Source: Klebsormidium nitens
Lineage: Eukaryota > Plantae > Klebsormidiophyceae
Direction: 5' to 3'
Length of the DNA: 64,000 bases
Assembly: GCA_000708835.1 (NCBI GenBank)
Contig: DF237217.1
Span: 1 to 64,000, forward strand
Shown: piece by piece, positions 26,124 to 37,794 of the stretch
Numbering within the stretch: position 1 is the stretch's first letter
Layout: the number at the start of each line of letters is the position of its first letter
The notes under the pieces: model-generated
What the model was told of the DNA's origin: nothing
Databases searched by the model: none
What the model saw: the letters and a program-made list of their open reading frames with translations, nothing else
Position numbers and translations under genes: made by a program

Positions 26124-26938
26124 CCGATTGATCAAGTTAAGCTGATTGATTGCTTCACAAAGCTAGCTTCAACACGTCAAGTTTCTCTAGAGTGTGCCAA
26201 GTTGGATCTACATGAAAAGCTTTGGACCTGCATGCAGTTATCTGGCACCGTTTGGCGCGGGATTGTGGTACAGACATATGGACTGAACTGCGAATATGCT
26301 TAGCTGCTCCAGCGCGCTTCGTAAAAAGTCGAGTGACTGCCTGGCCCGGTCATGAATCGAGTACGAAAATGGTATGCCGGATTGCCATAGCCTGGGCCGG
26401 CCCGCGCGCACCTTGGGTCATTGTAGCAATTATTCGGAAGTCCCGAGCATATTGCTTGGGTTGCATTTAGGAGAGATTAATGACCCCATGCGCATGTGCT
26501 CAATACGTGCGTGGCACGTTCTTCTTTGTGTTGCATGGTGCCAACATATGCGCTAACACCGCGCGCGCCCTCAGCGGCTCCATGGCCGATCGACTCATGG
26601 ACATATGTATGTTCAGCCCAAGAATCAAGCTTTAACTGCACTGCAGTGCTGTACATGTTCAATGGCTCAGAATCAGACTTGGACACAAAATGAGCCCAGT
26701 TGATCCCAGCTAGCCTCAAAGGTGTAACCGTTGTGTGCCGAATCGTTGTCGATATACCCATCATTAGTAACAATACGTGAAAGTAGAGACGGCCTACACA
26801 AAGTCTTCAGAACCTCATGCGCCAGACTTCTACTTGGCGGCTGCTTGCAGAAAGCTCTACCTGCTGCGCCAAAAGTGATTCACAAAAGATTCTGGAATAT
26901 TCTGACCGACAATCAGTGCACCAGCAAATTGCCCAGTG

Positions 26939-29900
26939 TTACCGTTCTTCCGGAGCTGCTTTATGCCTGCCCGCTTCTCGTTCCCCCGGTTGTGGCCCCC
27001 CTGTCCGGTCCATTTCCAACATGTTCCTTGCGCGGTCCAACTCCTGAGCATCTGAGATATCTTTCCGTGAAGCCTGCAGACAAAAGCTGTACCTCAGCAA
27101 GACAAGAACCAGCAAACGAAAGAAGGGCGAAGGGCGAAAGGGCTCACGTCGGAACATTCTTCTGTTGATGAGAATGACGCAGAACTCTGTGCAGATTACG
27201 AATTGCGGCAGATCAGAAGCTAGCCAATGCTGGATGGGCGAAACCCATCCGTTCTGTATATGCAAGTCCCATGCGCGACCGGTACTGTGGGCGGCAGGAT
27301 AAGAAGAAACCAATCCAAGATGACCTAGGTATTGATCAGGTCACTACGTTGTTACGTTATCATTTTCAGGGTTTTCGGAGTTGGTAACTCGCGCAACGCC
27401 TCAAGTCCGTGCCGTCCCCATAGCTTGCAAGAACTTCTTGCAAGACCGTGTCTCCGAAACCACGTCGGTTAATACTGGACGCAGTCAAAGGACACCCTCC
27501 TCGGAGCTTCAAAGACGCTTACCTTGTTTCGTTGTAGTAAGAAGCCGCCTAAAACGGCCACTCCAACAATCGCAAAAGCTGCGACGAGACTCTGAGCGAG
27601 GCTAAGACCACCGCGGGCGTGGCTCGCAGCGGGAGGGCTTAGCGGAACGGAAACGGAAGCGGAAGAAGGGGAACGGGAGGCCTGCGGACACGTGGCAGAG
27701 TGTCAGACACTTTGAAACGCTCAATGTTGTCGCCCTCTGAAACGCAAAGGAGACACTGTTTGCTCGCTCAACCTAGAAGGAGCGACGTTTCCGTTCCCGC
27801 GGAAGTACTCAAGCTTGCGTTCTTGCCATAACGTACCTCCACAAGAAAAAGCAGGATGGTATGTTGCGAGCCTCATGCACTCAATTACACCGTGCGGGAT
27901 GTTCAAGTTCCAGCCTAGCACGAAAGAGCTGACGCACTGAACAACCAGGAAACAGCCGTAGCACAAAGGTGCTGGGTGAGTATAAGCAGGAGCGTTCGCA
28001 CGTACCTCTCCGACTGCGCTTGGCGGTGACGGGCCCGGTCTGTCCGCGGCTATCACGGCTGGCTTCTTCGAAAGTTTGCGCTGCAGCCCACGACGAGAAG
28101 CGTCCTGCGCCTGAAACGGAATGAGCGTCTGGATCCGGAAAGCAAGTTCCAAGGAAGAGGAAATTCGAACCATTTGCGAAACACTCCTGCTCGAGATAGT
28201 TCTTCTTCGCTCGTGGTAATCGACCCTTCTGCTTGTGTCGCCAGGAATACTTGACGTAACTGCCAAAAAATGTAGCACGATCTTTGTAAACTCGGTTGTG
28301 ATACAAAGGATCAGGCTCGTTGCGAACGTCTATAGAGGTTCAACATCTTGTTGCAAAAATCGTCCTCGAGTATAGAGTCTCCTCTCTCAAAATTCGGTGT
28401 GTTCCTTTGGGCCGTCAAAGAGGACATATCGAGCGAAGGTGTGGCTGAACAACCGCGAGCGCTAAATTGCCAACTCGCCCTGCCAGGTTTAAGCGGATCG
28501 AAGACATTCTTAAGTCCAATCTTTGTTCTGCCCCTTTGAAGCAGGTCGCCATCCAGAAGATTTCGAGACAATCAGAGGCGTTTTCGAAACGGTCAGCCGA
28601 CTAGAAAGCTTCGACCGGTATATCCCATGCTGCACGGCTTGCTGATTCCCCGAAGAAGACTGTCGTCCACCAAGCACGTCCCGGAAGCATTTAGACAGCG
28701 GCCCGAGCAAACATAAATCTTGTGACGGACTGTGTCAATCGTGAGCAGACAGCTTTGAGTGTGAGAACGGGAACGAATGCAACGAGTTCGGAGCCCGTCG
28801 AAAAGCAGGACGCTGGTTCACTGTCACACGAGTATGCGCATCTTCCATTCTTTCGTACGGCCCACAGATCCTGGTTGTTCAACACTTTGCCGAACCAAAG
28901 GCTGGTTGGACAGGTGCGGGGATGATGAATCAGATTCACGCGAGGCTCACCACTAGCTGCCTGTACTTGTCTCGCGAGAAGGGGCCCCACACTCCAAGCG
29001 CCGGCTCGACACCGTGTTGCCGCTGCAGACCAAGTCATAACGTCAATCAATTTGCAGTGAAGTTACTGTTTTCACAGAAGTATCCATGAAACGTGTTGAC
29101 TGCCGCAGAGTGTTTACGACGTTTGGCAGTGTGAGCGAGTGTACGCTGAGCTTAGGTAGACCACAGGCCAATTCACTTTCGTTGATTGCAGAGGATAAAT
29201 CTTCCGCTGCATCTTCGACCGAAGCTGGCCCAGCAGCTAACTGTTTCATGTGCCGCAGCTTCACCCTCTGCTTAGAGAGCTGTAGATGATTCAAGCTCAA
29301 AACGAGATTCTATATTGTCCCGACTTTTTCTTCTCCATCTTGGCCACTTGGACTCGGGTAAAAACAGAGTGTGATTGAGCAACAGGTACAATCAGCGGAA
29401 GCCCGGCGCGACGCAGGTCCACAGACTCTCACTATACCATTAAACAAGCTCCTTCCTTGAGCATGCTAACCCACAACGTCTGTCCCTCACCTGCCAGTTG
29501 CTAAGGGCCTTCTGTGTCTCGGGTCCAAAGTAACCAGTGGCCCCGTGCTCTGAACGGAAGTCACCTGTGGTCATGAGATACCCCTGAAGGGCGCGCACCT
29601 CCTCTCCAAAGTCCCCTACGCCGTACGCTTCTGCTGAGGTGTCATAATAGAACTCCCAGATGGTCTGCAACTCGGATTACACAAAGCTCAGGTCAAGTTT
29701 GATGATTGTCAATCAACAGACAGCACTTGCTTGAAGGCCATCTGAATCTGTGGATCAAGAGACCATGGTATGCTGTTTCCTGTTGGCGTGTGCTGCAAAC
29801 TATTGGCTGGTTTAGATGGGGACATTCCGGTTCTGTTCTTTGTGGGGATTTCAAGAGCAACCAGCCACAATGTCTTGTACGAGTGTAAGGCACGGGGACT

Positions 29901-30477
29901 TGAACGAAGCAAGAAGCTCGACTCGTCACCCGACTTCGAAGCGGTAGTCCATGCACCTCTCCAAGCTTGATTCTCTAGATATCGCCTAAACCACGTATTA
30001 ACTACAGTACTAGCTTGAACTCACCACTCCCTTCTGTCGAAGCTCGGCCAGGACAGCGCGCGGAAGCAGAGTTTCCCGGCTGTCCGTTTCGTCCGACGCC
30101 GCTGCTCTTGCCCGCCCATGCTGGGCCCTTCTCCTTCCTTCCCGCTCATGTCTCTGTCCTGATGGAACGGATGGAAACCCTCGATGGAAAGTAGGACCAG
30201 TTCTGCTGTAATCTGGACGGCTAGCCAATCCTGGCACATTCCTCCACCGGCTGTGTGAGGCCTCTGTGTTATAAGGATGGAAGCTGCGGCAGTGGAAGCA
30301 CTTCTGAGCACGGAACAGCCTCGTAGAGCCAGTTTTCAATGACAGAATGGTTCTGAGAGTCTTGCCATTCCCCTGGCTGCCAAACAGACTGCCTTGCAGA
30401 CTGCTATGCTGGTTGATTTGTTTCGTGGAAAGTGGGCCTACGGCTTGCGCTGTTCTGACAGCGAGTGCCTTTGCCAT
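26939..30477 (-). CDS. Putative plastid-targeted, membrane-anchored peptidoglycan-binding-domain (PG_binding_1-like) protein
   Basis: join(30477-30025, 29664-29491, 29022-28951, 28110-28006, 27681-27523, 27073-26939), all phase 0. Ser/Thr/Arg/Ala-rich transit-peptide-like N-terminus. PGBD pattern GDFGEEVRALQGYL..TG......TGYFGPETQKALSNWQRQHGV....GVWGPFSR. Hydrophobic helix LVAAFAIVGVAVLGGFLL. The last exon is uncertain. Confidence 0.72.
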
Positions 30478-31163
30478 GTTCTCACCAGCTCAACAAAGGC
30501 GGCAGGATATCTTCAGGCTGGCCCAGGGTGACCTACAAGGATCTGCGCTCTTGCATCTTGAATGTGGGTCGCGGTTGTGATGCCTGGCAGCATTGTACCA
30601 AAGTGATGGTGTATTAAGGGCTCCGGAGATTGCTCCGTCAACTGGTAACATGCCAAAATGTGCGCTATTTCAGCCACTTCAAATGAAAACCAAGGTTTAT
30701 GTCCAGGTAGGACAATGCTGCCAGAATGCAGCAAAGGCATCGAAAAAGAGAATCCTTTACAGCATCAAGCACCGGGTGCTTTGCCGCTCAGGCACCAGTT
30801 GATGGACCAGCCTCTCTTGAAGGACATCCCACAATGCTAAGATACTGTAGTCGGAGGAATGATGCGTCCTCTACATAAACCTGGAGATTTAGGCACAAGC
30901 TGCTTTCTGCCGAACTGAACTTTGAATCCGATGGACATGGAGAGAACTTGGACTCGACAGTGACACCTGCCAGGTCAGACAACACGAGCAGCTTGATTGG
31001 GTGCCAGTAAAATTCCAACTTCAATTCTTGAAGTGCTCGCAACTTTCAAGTTTCAGAGAAACTGAGACGAAGGGACTGGTGGCAGGTGGTGTACGGTGGG
31101 CAGCAACCTTGCGGCACTTGCTCCTTTCAGGACACTCATTCGCTGCCTTTCGATACCTCACAC

Positions 31164-34100
31164 ATGGGCGCCGCAATGCAGGCGGACGTCTTAGCAGCGC
31201 TTGGCGACGATGCCAAGTTCTTTGTGGAGAATGCAAACGGGCGGTTGCATTGCACCCTCACAAACATCGACCTGCTCCCAGATGCAGACAGTGTGACCGC
31301 GCATCTGCACAGCAAGCGCTTCAAGGCAGCCAAGGTGGAGGCGGGACTGAAGCAGTTTGGGCCGTACATTGTCACGAGCCCTGAGTATCCGTGAGAAACT
31401 CCAGCTGCTTTCTAAATGAGTCACTTGCTTTATAGCTTCAGAGCCTTTCGCCTTTGCAAGCATAGACGTATATGCGTTTGGTTCAAGAGTAGGTCTCGAA
31501 AGTTTTCTGCCACAAGGCTTTACAAGCTGATGAAATTCGGGACTATCTTACATTCACTCGCCGTGACAATCTGTGTCTGACTCACGCATCCAAGCGAGGC
31601 CCCTCCTTCCCAGATTTCATCCTGCGATGATGTTTTCCCGATCCACAACAAGCTGACAGCATAATTTGTTTGGGAAGGAAAGGAGAGACGACGATCTGCT
31701 GGGATCATGGCGCAATTGCAACCTGAGCAGCTCGATGGAGGGGTGGTGTGCGTTGTCGAGGCCACCAAAAGAAGCTGCTTTGCACTTAACAACAAAGGTT
31801 TGTAACAGAGGTTCTCGGAGGACCAGAGTGCCTGTGATCCTTGCTCTATAAGGTCCACCAGCCGACCTTGCAGACTGGGCCACATGCCTCACCTCCACAA
31901 CAATATACTTGCGTGCAGGGACAAGCTGCAATGCACACTCACTGGCGTGCTGATCAACAAGAATGAGGACGCGGTCTGGAAGCACATAATGGGGAAGAAG
32001 TTCCAGCGGCGCCTCGGTGAGATTCCATTGCAAGCTGCCACCTGGCAGGCCGTCATGCTGCCACCTAGTGGCCTGGCATACCTCTTGATCTGCAAGGAGC
32101 TGGGATGGTGAATCGTCTCTGTGTGAGATCCATGAGCTTCAATTGATTGAAGAAATGGTCAGGTTCAAGGTGACACAGGCAAAAAAGAAACTTCGCGGAA
32201 GCCCCGCTCTTTTGAAAGTAAAGTGACGGTGTTCCAGCAAAACCAAAGCCTCTGCTGCGCCGTGCTTTGTTGCTGCGATCGACTTGACAGCTGCGATCGA
32301 CTTCACAGCAACTTTTCAGAAAGACTCTGATGAGTGAGAATCATTCAGGACTGGCTCTTGTGTCTCCTCGGCTTGTCGCGGCTCCTCAAGAGCAGGGGAT
32401 AAATCTCCTGCATTAATTCCGCATGGTCAACGTTTCAGCACCCCCCTACTATGATCCCCCAACTGCGCCGAATCCTCATGGTCACTCTTGTGGTCTTCGT
32501 TCTCACAACCTTGTTTGGATGCCCTATCGCCAACAGGAGGGCTCATGTATATAACAGCTCGCTTTGACATAGAGTCGCACATATGCAAAGGAACAGTCCC
32601 TCGGAAAGCTAGCCTTGAACAGCGGCTAACTTTTCCCCATACGACATGCAGGCGAAAAGGAGGCCGAGAAAGCGGCCAAGAAAGGCAACTCGAACCCCCC
32701 TGGTCCATCTAAACAAGAAGCCGCCAAAACCAACCCCCCTGAACCCTCTCCGATGGTTCCTGAGGCTAAGCCGGAAGCAAGTTCTAGCAGTGAAGAGGAG
32801 GACGACGATGAAGAAGGGGGGTTCTGGATACCCCCACCAGGGTCGCGGAGGGACGAGGACCGAGAGGAGGAGACAGCTGCAGGGGGGGAGGACGTGGTCA
32901 TGGAAGAACCAGGTGAGCTCGACCCGTCTCTTCATACAACGTGTTTTTGTGAGATTTGAGATCCCATCGGAATTGAGTTTAGAAACCGGGACGCTGTTCG
33001 CTTGGGCATAACGGGTGTTGTTATCATAGAGAGATATGAAGAAGGTTCGGAAGGCGTGCATCCAGGAGTTCTACGTAAGGATTGATCAGCTGGCCCGCCA
33101 AATGTGAGTCCTTTTCACGATCACTCTGCAACATTTCAAGCAGTAGAGTCGCATACAGAGTGTGTACGTCTGGAGTGACAGGAAATGTCGACCAATATGG
33201 ATGGCGCATACCGTTTTCCATACATGTTTTTGAGATCCCAGCTTCGAGCTGACTTTCCAATCTTCTGGTGTTGCCATTATCGGTCCTGAAGCTGACGCAC
33301 TAGGGCGTTAAATCTTTCTTGCCTCAGTCTTTCGATCCATGTGGCCGGAGTGCTGAAGGTATTACTCGGTCCAGAAGGCGAAGCTTACTAAACCTTTGAC
33401 ATATGGTTTCTTTTCGAATACTTGGCTTTTGACAGTTACTACCGGAAGGTCTAAAAGGCTGAGAGGTTCAGCGCTTGCCGTTTAACTGGTGTAAGCAACC
33501 ATAACGAAGCATGCGCTCGGTCAAGGCTTCCAATCCAAAAGGAAGGACTGCTGTGCCCAGCCTAAATCAGCGACGCCTAGCAGAAGCTTGCCCGCCTCTT
33601 ACATAGAACGCCCGGAGTTCAGCTGCAATCTTTGACTCGGACGTCAGACAGTGTTACCTCAGCAACAGCCACCGACTGTGCCATACATACCAGAAGCTTC
33701 ATCTCTATCCAAAGGCGCATTTGAGAGTCTGCTTTGATTACTCTTCTCTTGGTGAAAGCCTGATGTTTCTGCTCGAGGATTGGGTGAAACGCCAATGAGG
33801 CCCCAACGCCAGCGCTTTGATTTCGTGTCTTATTGACTGCAGACGACATTGGAGGAGCAAACGGCCATGCGTCGTCATTGAAGGAGGCAAACGGCGGCGG
33901 CAAACGAAAATCGAAGTCTTCGAAGGGCACCGCGTCCAGTAATGGGTGAGCAACAGAATGGTTTCTCGATCTGGATAAGGAAGCTCGAAGGTTTGACGTC
34001 CCTCGGCAAGGGCTGAATGCCGACAAGGTGCGCTTTTTGGCGTTGACCAGAAAACAAGCTTGAAGAGTTTTGCTTGGGTCTCTGAAGACCTTGTGCTTGA

Positions 34101-34323
34101 ATTCCACAAAACCTGATGCTGCAGCCCCTGGTCCACGAGTCTTTCTTTGATTGTCGGCAGCCGTTTACTTGTGGCTTGTTTTCCATGTTTTGGGATGCTC
34201 GGGCGTAAAGTTCTTTTGATTCAGTGCTCGACGCTTGCTTGGAACAGGGACAAACGGACGACCAGATCATTGGGGCCAGCAGAAAACGCACCACAGAAAA
34301 AGAAGCGGAGACCTCAGGGCTAG
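31164..34323 (+). CDS. SURF2: Surfeit locus protein 2 homolog
   Basis: join(31164-31390, 31919-32016, 32652-32911, ~33843-33945, ~34248-34323). Twin motifs LHCTLT..DL......V.AHL.SKRF and KLQCTLTGVLINKNEDAVWKHIMGKKFQRRL, acidic tract with FWIPP, basic tail ending KKKRRPQG. Confidence 0.8.
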
Positions 34324-35325
34324 AATTAGCGATTGCGAACAAATTGTCAATCTAGGAGTCGGCGCCTGCAAAATGAAGCCGTTCGTCGATATAAGCAAAC
34401 GAAGCTGTCGGGAACGCTCTGATTGACAAGCCATGCGCCCCTGATGACCGTTGAAGGTTTATAATGTGTTCAAGATCAGAAAGCTGCGGCAGCTCTTCCT
34501 GATGCGTGCTTTGCAGATAACACTTTCCTTAATTAAGGAACCCCTCAATAGCTCTGTTCGACAACGAATCAGCTTAAAACGTGATCTGCCCGCAGCCTGT
34601 TTGCTTTTGTGCAGTGTGCTCGAATTGGTACATTGGTTGTGCGTACGTCTGTTGGCAGATCCTAGCTATCAATCTCACCAGGCTTGGTACACTGATGAAG
34701 CTTCAGAAGTATCTTCTTCAACGAACTTGCGCGGAGGCTTGCGTGCTGTACAATGAGAGCCATGCCACATATATAAGAGATCAAGATCGTACGTGCATTT
34801 ATGTGTTTAGGGCCGGTCAGGGATGCATGATATATCTAGGATGGTACATGAAGAGTATAACGCAATGAGCGCAATGCCTGCCATGTGTGGGACAAGTCAT
34901 GCTATCCCGTGTAAGGCCTCACTATCACTGATTGCAAACGTCCATGTTTAGAGGCTGGCGGATCGTTTAGTAGATCCAATACCCTAGAGCAAGCAATGTA
35001 AATCTCCGGGTCTAGCTGCCAAGATTTGGCTGATCAATCTGTTGCCTGAGTACGCTTCAAACCTCCATCACGTAGTGCTTAGTACATCCAGCCTGCCCGG
35101 AAGCACAGTGCTGATATCACCACTTATTGTGACCCACCATCTGACTTGAGCGAACTGATTATATCAAGCCTGATGTTAAGGTACTGGCTTGTATAGTTGC
35201 GTGTTGTTCCTATCCTTTTGGAGCGTCATACGATTTATGGCATTTAGCACATTGGAGGAGCCACCATTTAAATGTGTCTGTTGATAAAACTTCTAACTCC
35301 ATGATGTTGGATGAAAGCATGCAAT

Positions 35326-36084
35326 CTAGGCCTCTACTTTCTCCTTTGCTTCTTTTAGTAGCTGTTGTCGAAGCTTTGCAGACTCTCGTTTTAATCTTTC
35401 GTCTGCCGCCTGCATTTGACAGGAAAATGTTGCTTAGCTCAATTTTGAGGCTGGCTGGCAGTGAGACCACAGCTACGATCGGTCCTTATCCAGGATGACA
35501 ATTACAAAAGAACATAAGGCTGGCTTCATACTGTCTGGCTCATCACACCGTGGAACTTGCGAGGTGTCAGTGCGAACTCTGATGCCCAACGAAACATCAC
35601 AAGACAGCACCAGACAACACGTTGAGAAAAGAGTGTGGACTGTGAGCTTCCCCGTGAGATTCAAGGTCAAGGCTCAGGCCAGATTTGGGCAATGTCTTCG
35701 GCAAAAGTTTATGAATACAACGCATAGTATGAAGCAGTCCCGCTCTGTTTTCCCTGCAAAGCTGCTCACAGGACTTGGTTTCTGTACATATGCTGGGACG
35801 ATGTTCAAAAGCGAATACTCTGGCGCCACTGCTCAAGTCACCAGCAAGCTGCGCCTGACTATGGACACAAAAAAGCACCCTGCAGTACATTTTGAGGGAG
35901 TCTGGCAGTGCATCAACTCTCTGCATTGTGTTGAAGGCGATAAACTACAAGGTCAGATTGGTGCCACCGGCGTACTTACCAGGGTGTCTCTCCGCTGCGA
36001 CATCCAGTAGAACACGTTGTCCATGCGAGATACCCCAACGTATGCAACCACCGCAAGGCCAAAGAAGGTGATGAACCTCGCCAT
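35326..36084 (-). CDS. 62-aa two-exon membrane microprotein (N-terminal hydrophobic helix, charged C-terminal helix)
   Basis: join(36084-35980, 35409-35326) with a GTAAGT donor and TGCAG acceptor gives MARFITFFGLAVVAYVGVSRMDNVFYWMSQRRDTLAADERLKRESAKLRQQLLKEAKEKVEA. It resembles, from memory, Arabidopsis At1g67785-type small mitochondrial proteins. Confidence 0.68.
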
Positions 36085-37794
36085 TGGTGATTGGGTGTCC
36101 CGTGCACGAGAACAAAGGGACGTATGGACACACAATCTAGGTCCTTTTGCCAAGTTCCGATCTAGGTCCCTGGTATACGGATCCTGATAGCTTGAACAAT
36201 ACTAATCAGCGCTAGAGCTCTGCAGGCGATGTGGGCCAGGAGAAATTCCTGAACAGATCGAAGATCGAGAGAATGCGCAGTGCATTGTGACTCAGTCTAC
36301 AGTCTCAAGGGACCCCGACGACGAGTAGAGGCTCCACCATCCTCGGGGACCCCTGTATAGAAACTGTACCCTACTCAGCAAAGTCCACTGCAGCCTGAGC
36401 AGGAGCCTAGAAATCTGGATGAGTAGGAGATTGCCCTGTCCTAGCGACACCTGGCACGGCAAGCTGAGTGACGTGGCGCTGGTCGCCCAAGGGATCGGTC
36501 AAAGCTTCATGACACATCGATGTACGATCCATCCCCTTCAGCAAAAAGCTGCAGAATTCTCCGCGACTGCCTCCACAGGGCAATGGACTTGAAAGTCCGC
36601 ATGGCAACGGAAGCATGTGTCCACCGAGGCCTCTAGAGGGATCGAGGCCGATTACTATGTGTTCGTTCTGAGCACAACCGAGTGGACAAATCCAGCTCAT
36701 GTCTTACTTCGCGTCCGCTCGAAACGCTTCTTGTGCTGAATTAGACATCGTCCAACCTTGCAACCTACGCCGCGCATGCCGCTTTGAACAGGATTGCTTC
36801 AAAATTTGATCAAGCATTATAGATTTCATGCAAAGATAATACCCAATGATCACGTGATTCAGCACAGATACTATTGACATGCCCGCATCTTGGATATCAG
36901 ACCTCACGCTTCATGACAAATGCATGCCAACCTGCCTCAAAGATGCATGGTTGGCAGGTGTCCGTGTACATGTAGGCCGCAAAATGGTATATGGGTGTGG
37001 GGCAGCGTTAAACTCCCAGGAATTCCCCAAATTGGAAAGTGGACGATTTTGAACTACCTGTTCCTTGACAGAGGGCTGCCATACAGTGAACTCTACAATG
37101 AGGGCACAAAGAAGTCAACATGCCGAGAAGAATGGGGACTGGCACATCGAGCTTGCTAGAGGTCTTAATAAGCTTTAAGGATAAACTCCAAATAACGAGA
37201 GCATCTAAGTGTCAAGAGTCCACTTTCTATTCTCCAGGTCAAGCTCTCACAGTTCTCAAAAGGCAGGGCAAGGGCCGCTCGAATGTGTGGTCATCCTGGC
37301 CCCTTCTTGCCTGCACAATCAGACAGGCATAAGCACACCGTAAATTAATCAACCCGGCAGAACAATCAATTGGGAGTCATTGGACCACAAATTGACCGAC
37401 TCGGCTGATCAAGATCGTCGATGCTGCGTATACAACAACCTTGATACGTTCGTCAACGTGATGTGACAACCAGGCTGTCGGCACAAGTCCAGATGCGCAG
37501 ATACACAATGATAAATGGATATGCGCAATATGTATAGACATGCAGCACGCAAGGAACGGCATACCGTATCAGAATAAATTTCATACAAAAAAATATACAG
37601 ATCACAGCAGGGAGCGAAGAGCCACACTTTTTGAAAGTGGAGCGCGCATTTGACAGAAGAACCTTGTCCTATAAGGCCGGCTCAGATTTGTCTGGGACCA
37701 TAGGGGAGTCAATTTTGGTGCAAGAAAGCTTTCACGGCGAACGGGGTTTTGACGCCCGGGCTAGCTTTACGCGTTTCCTTCGAGATAAACAGGC

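Noticed and set aside
36400-37650. Possible degenerate transposon or gene between the microprotein and PAK1IP1
   Set aside because: Only short ORFs without recognisable motifs, repeats or consistent splice sites.
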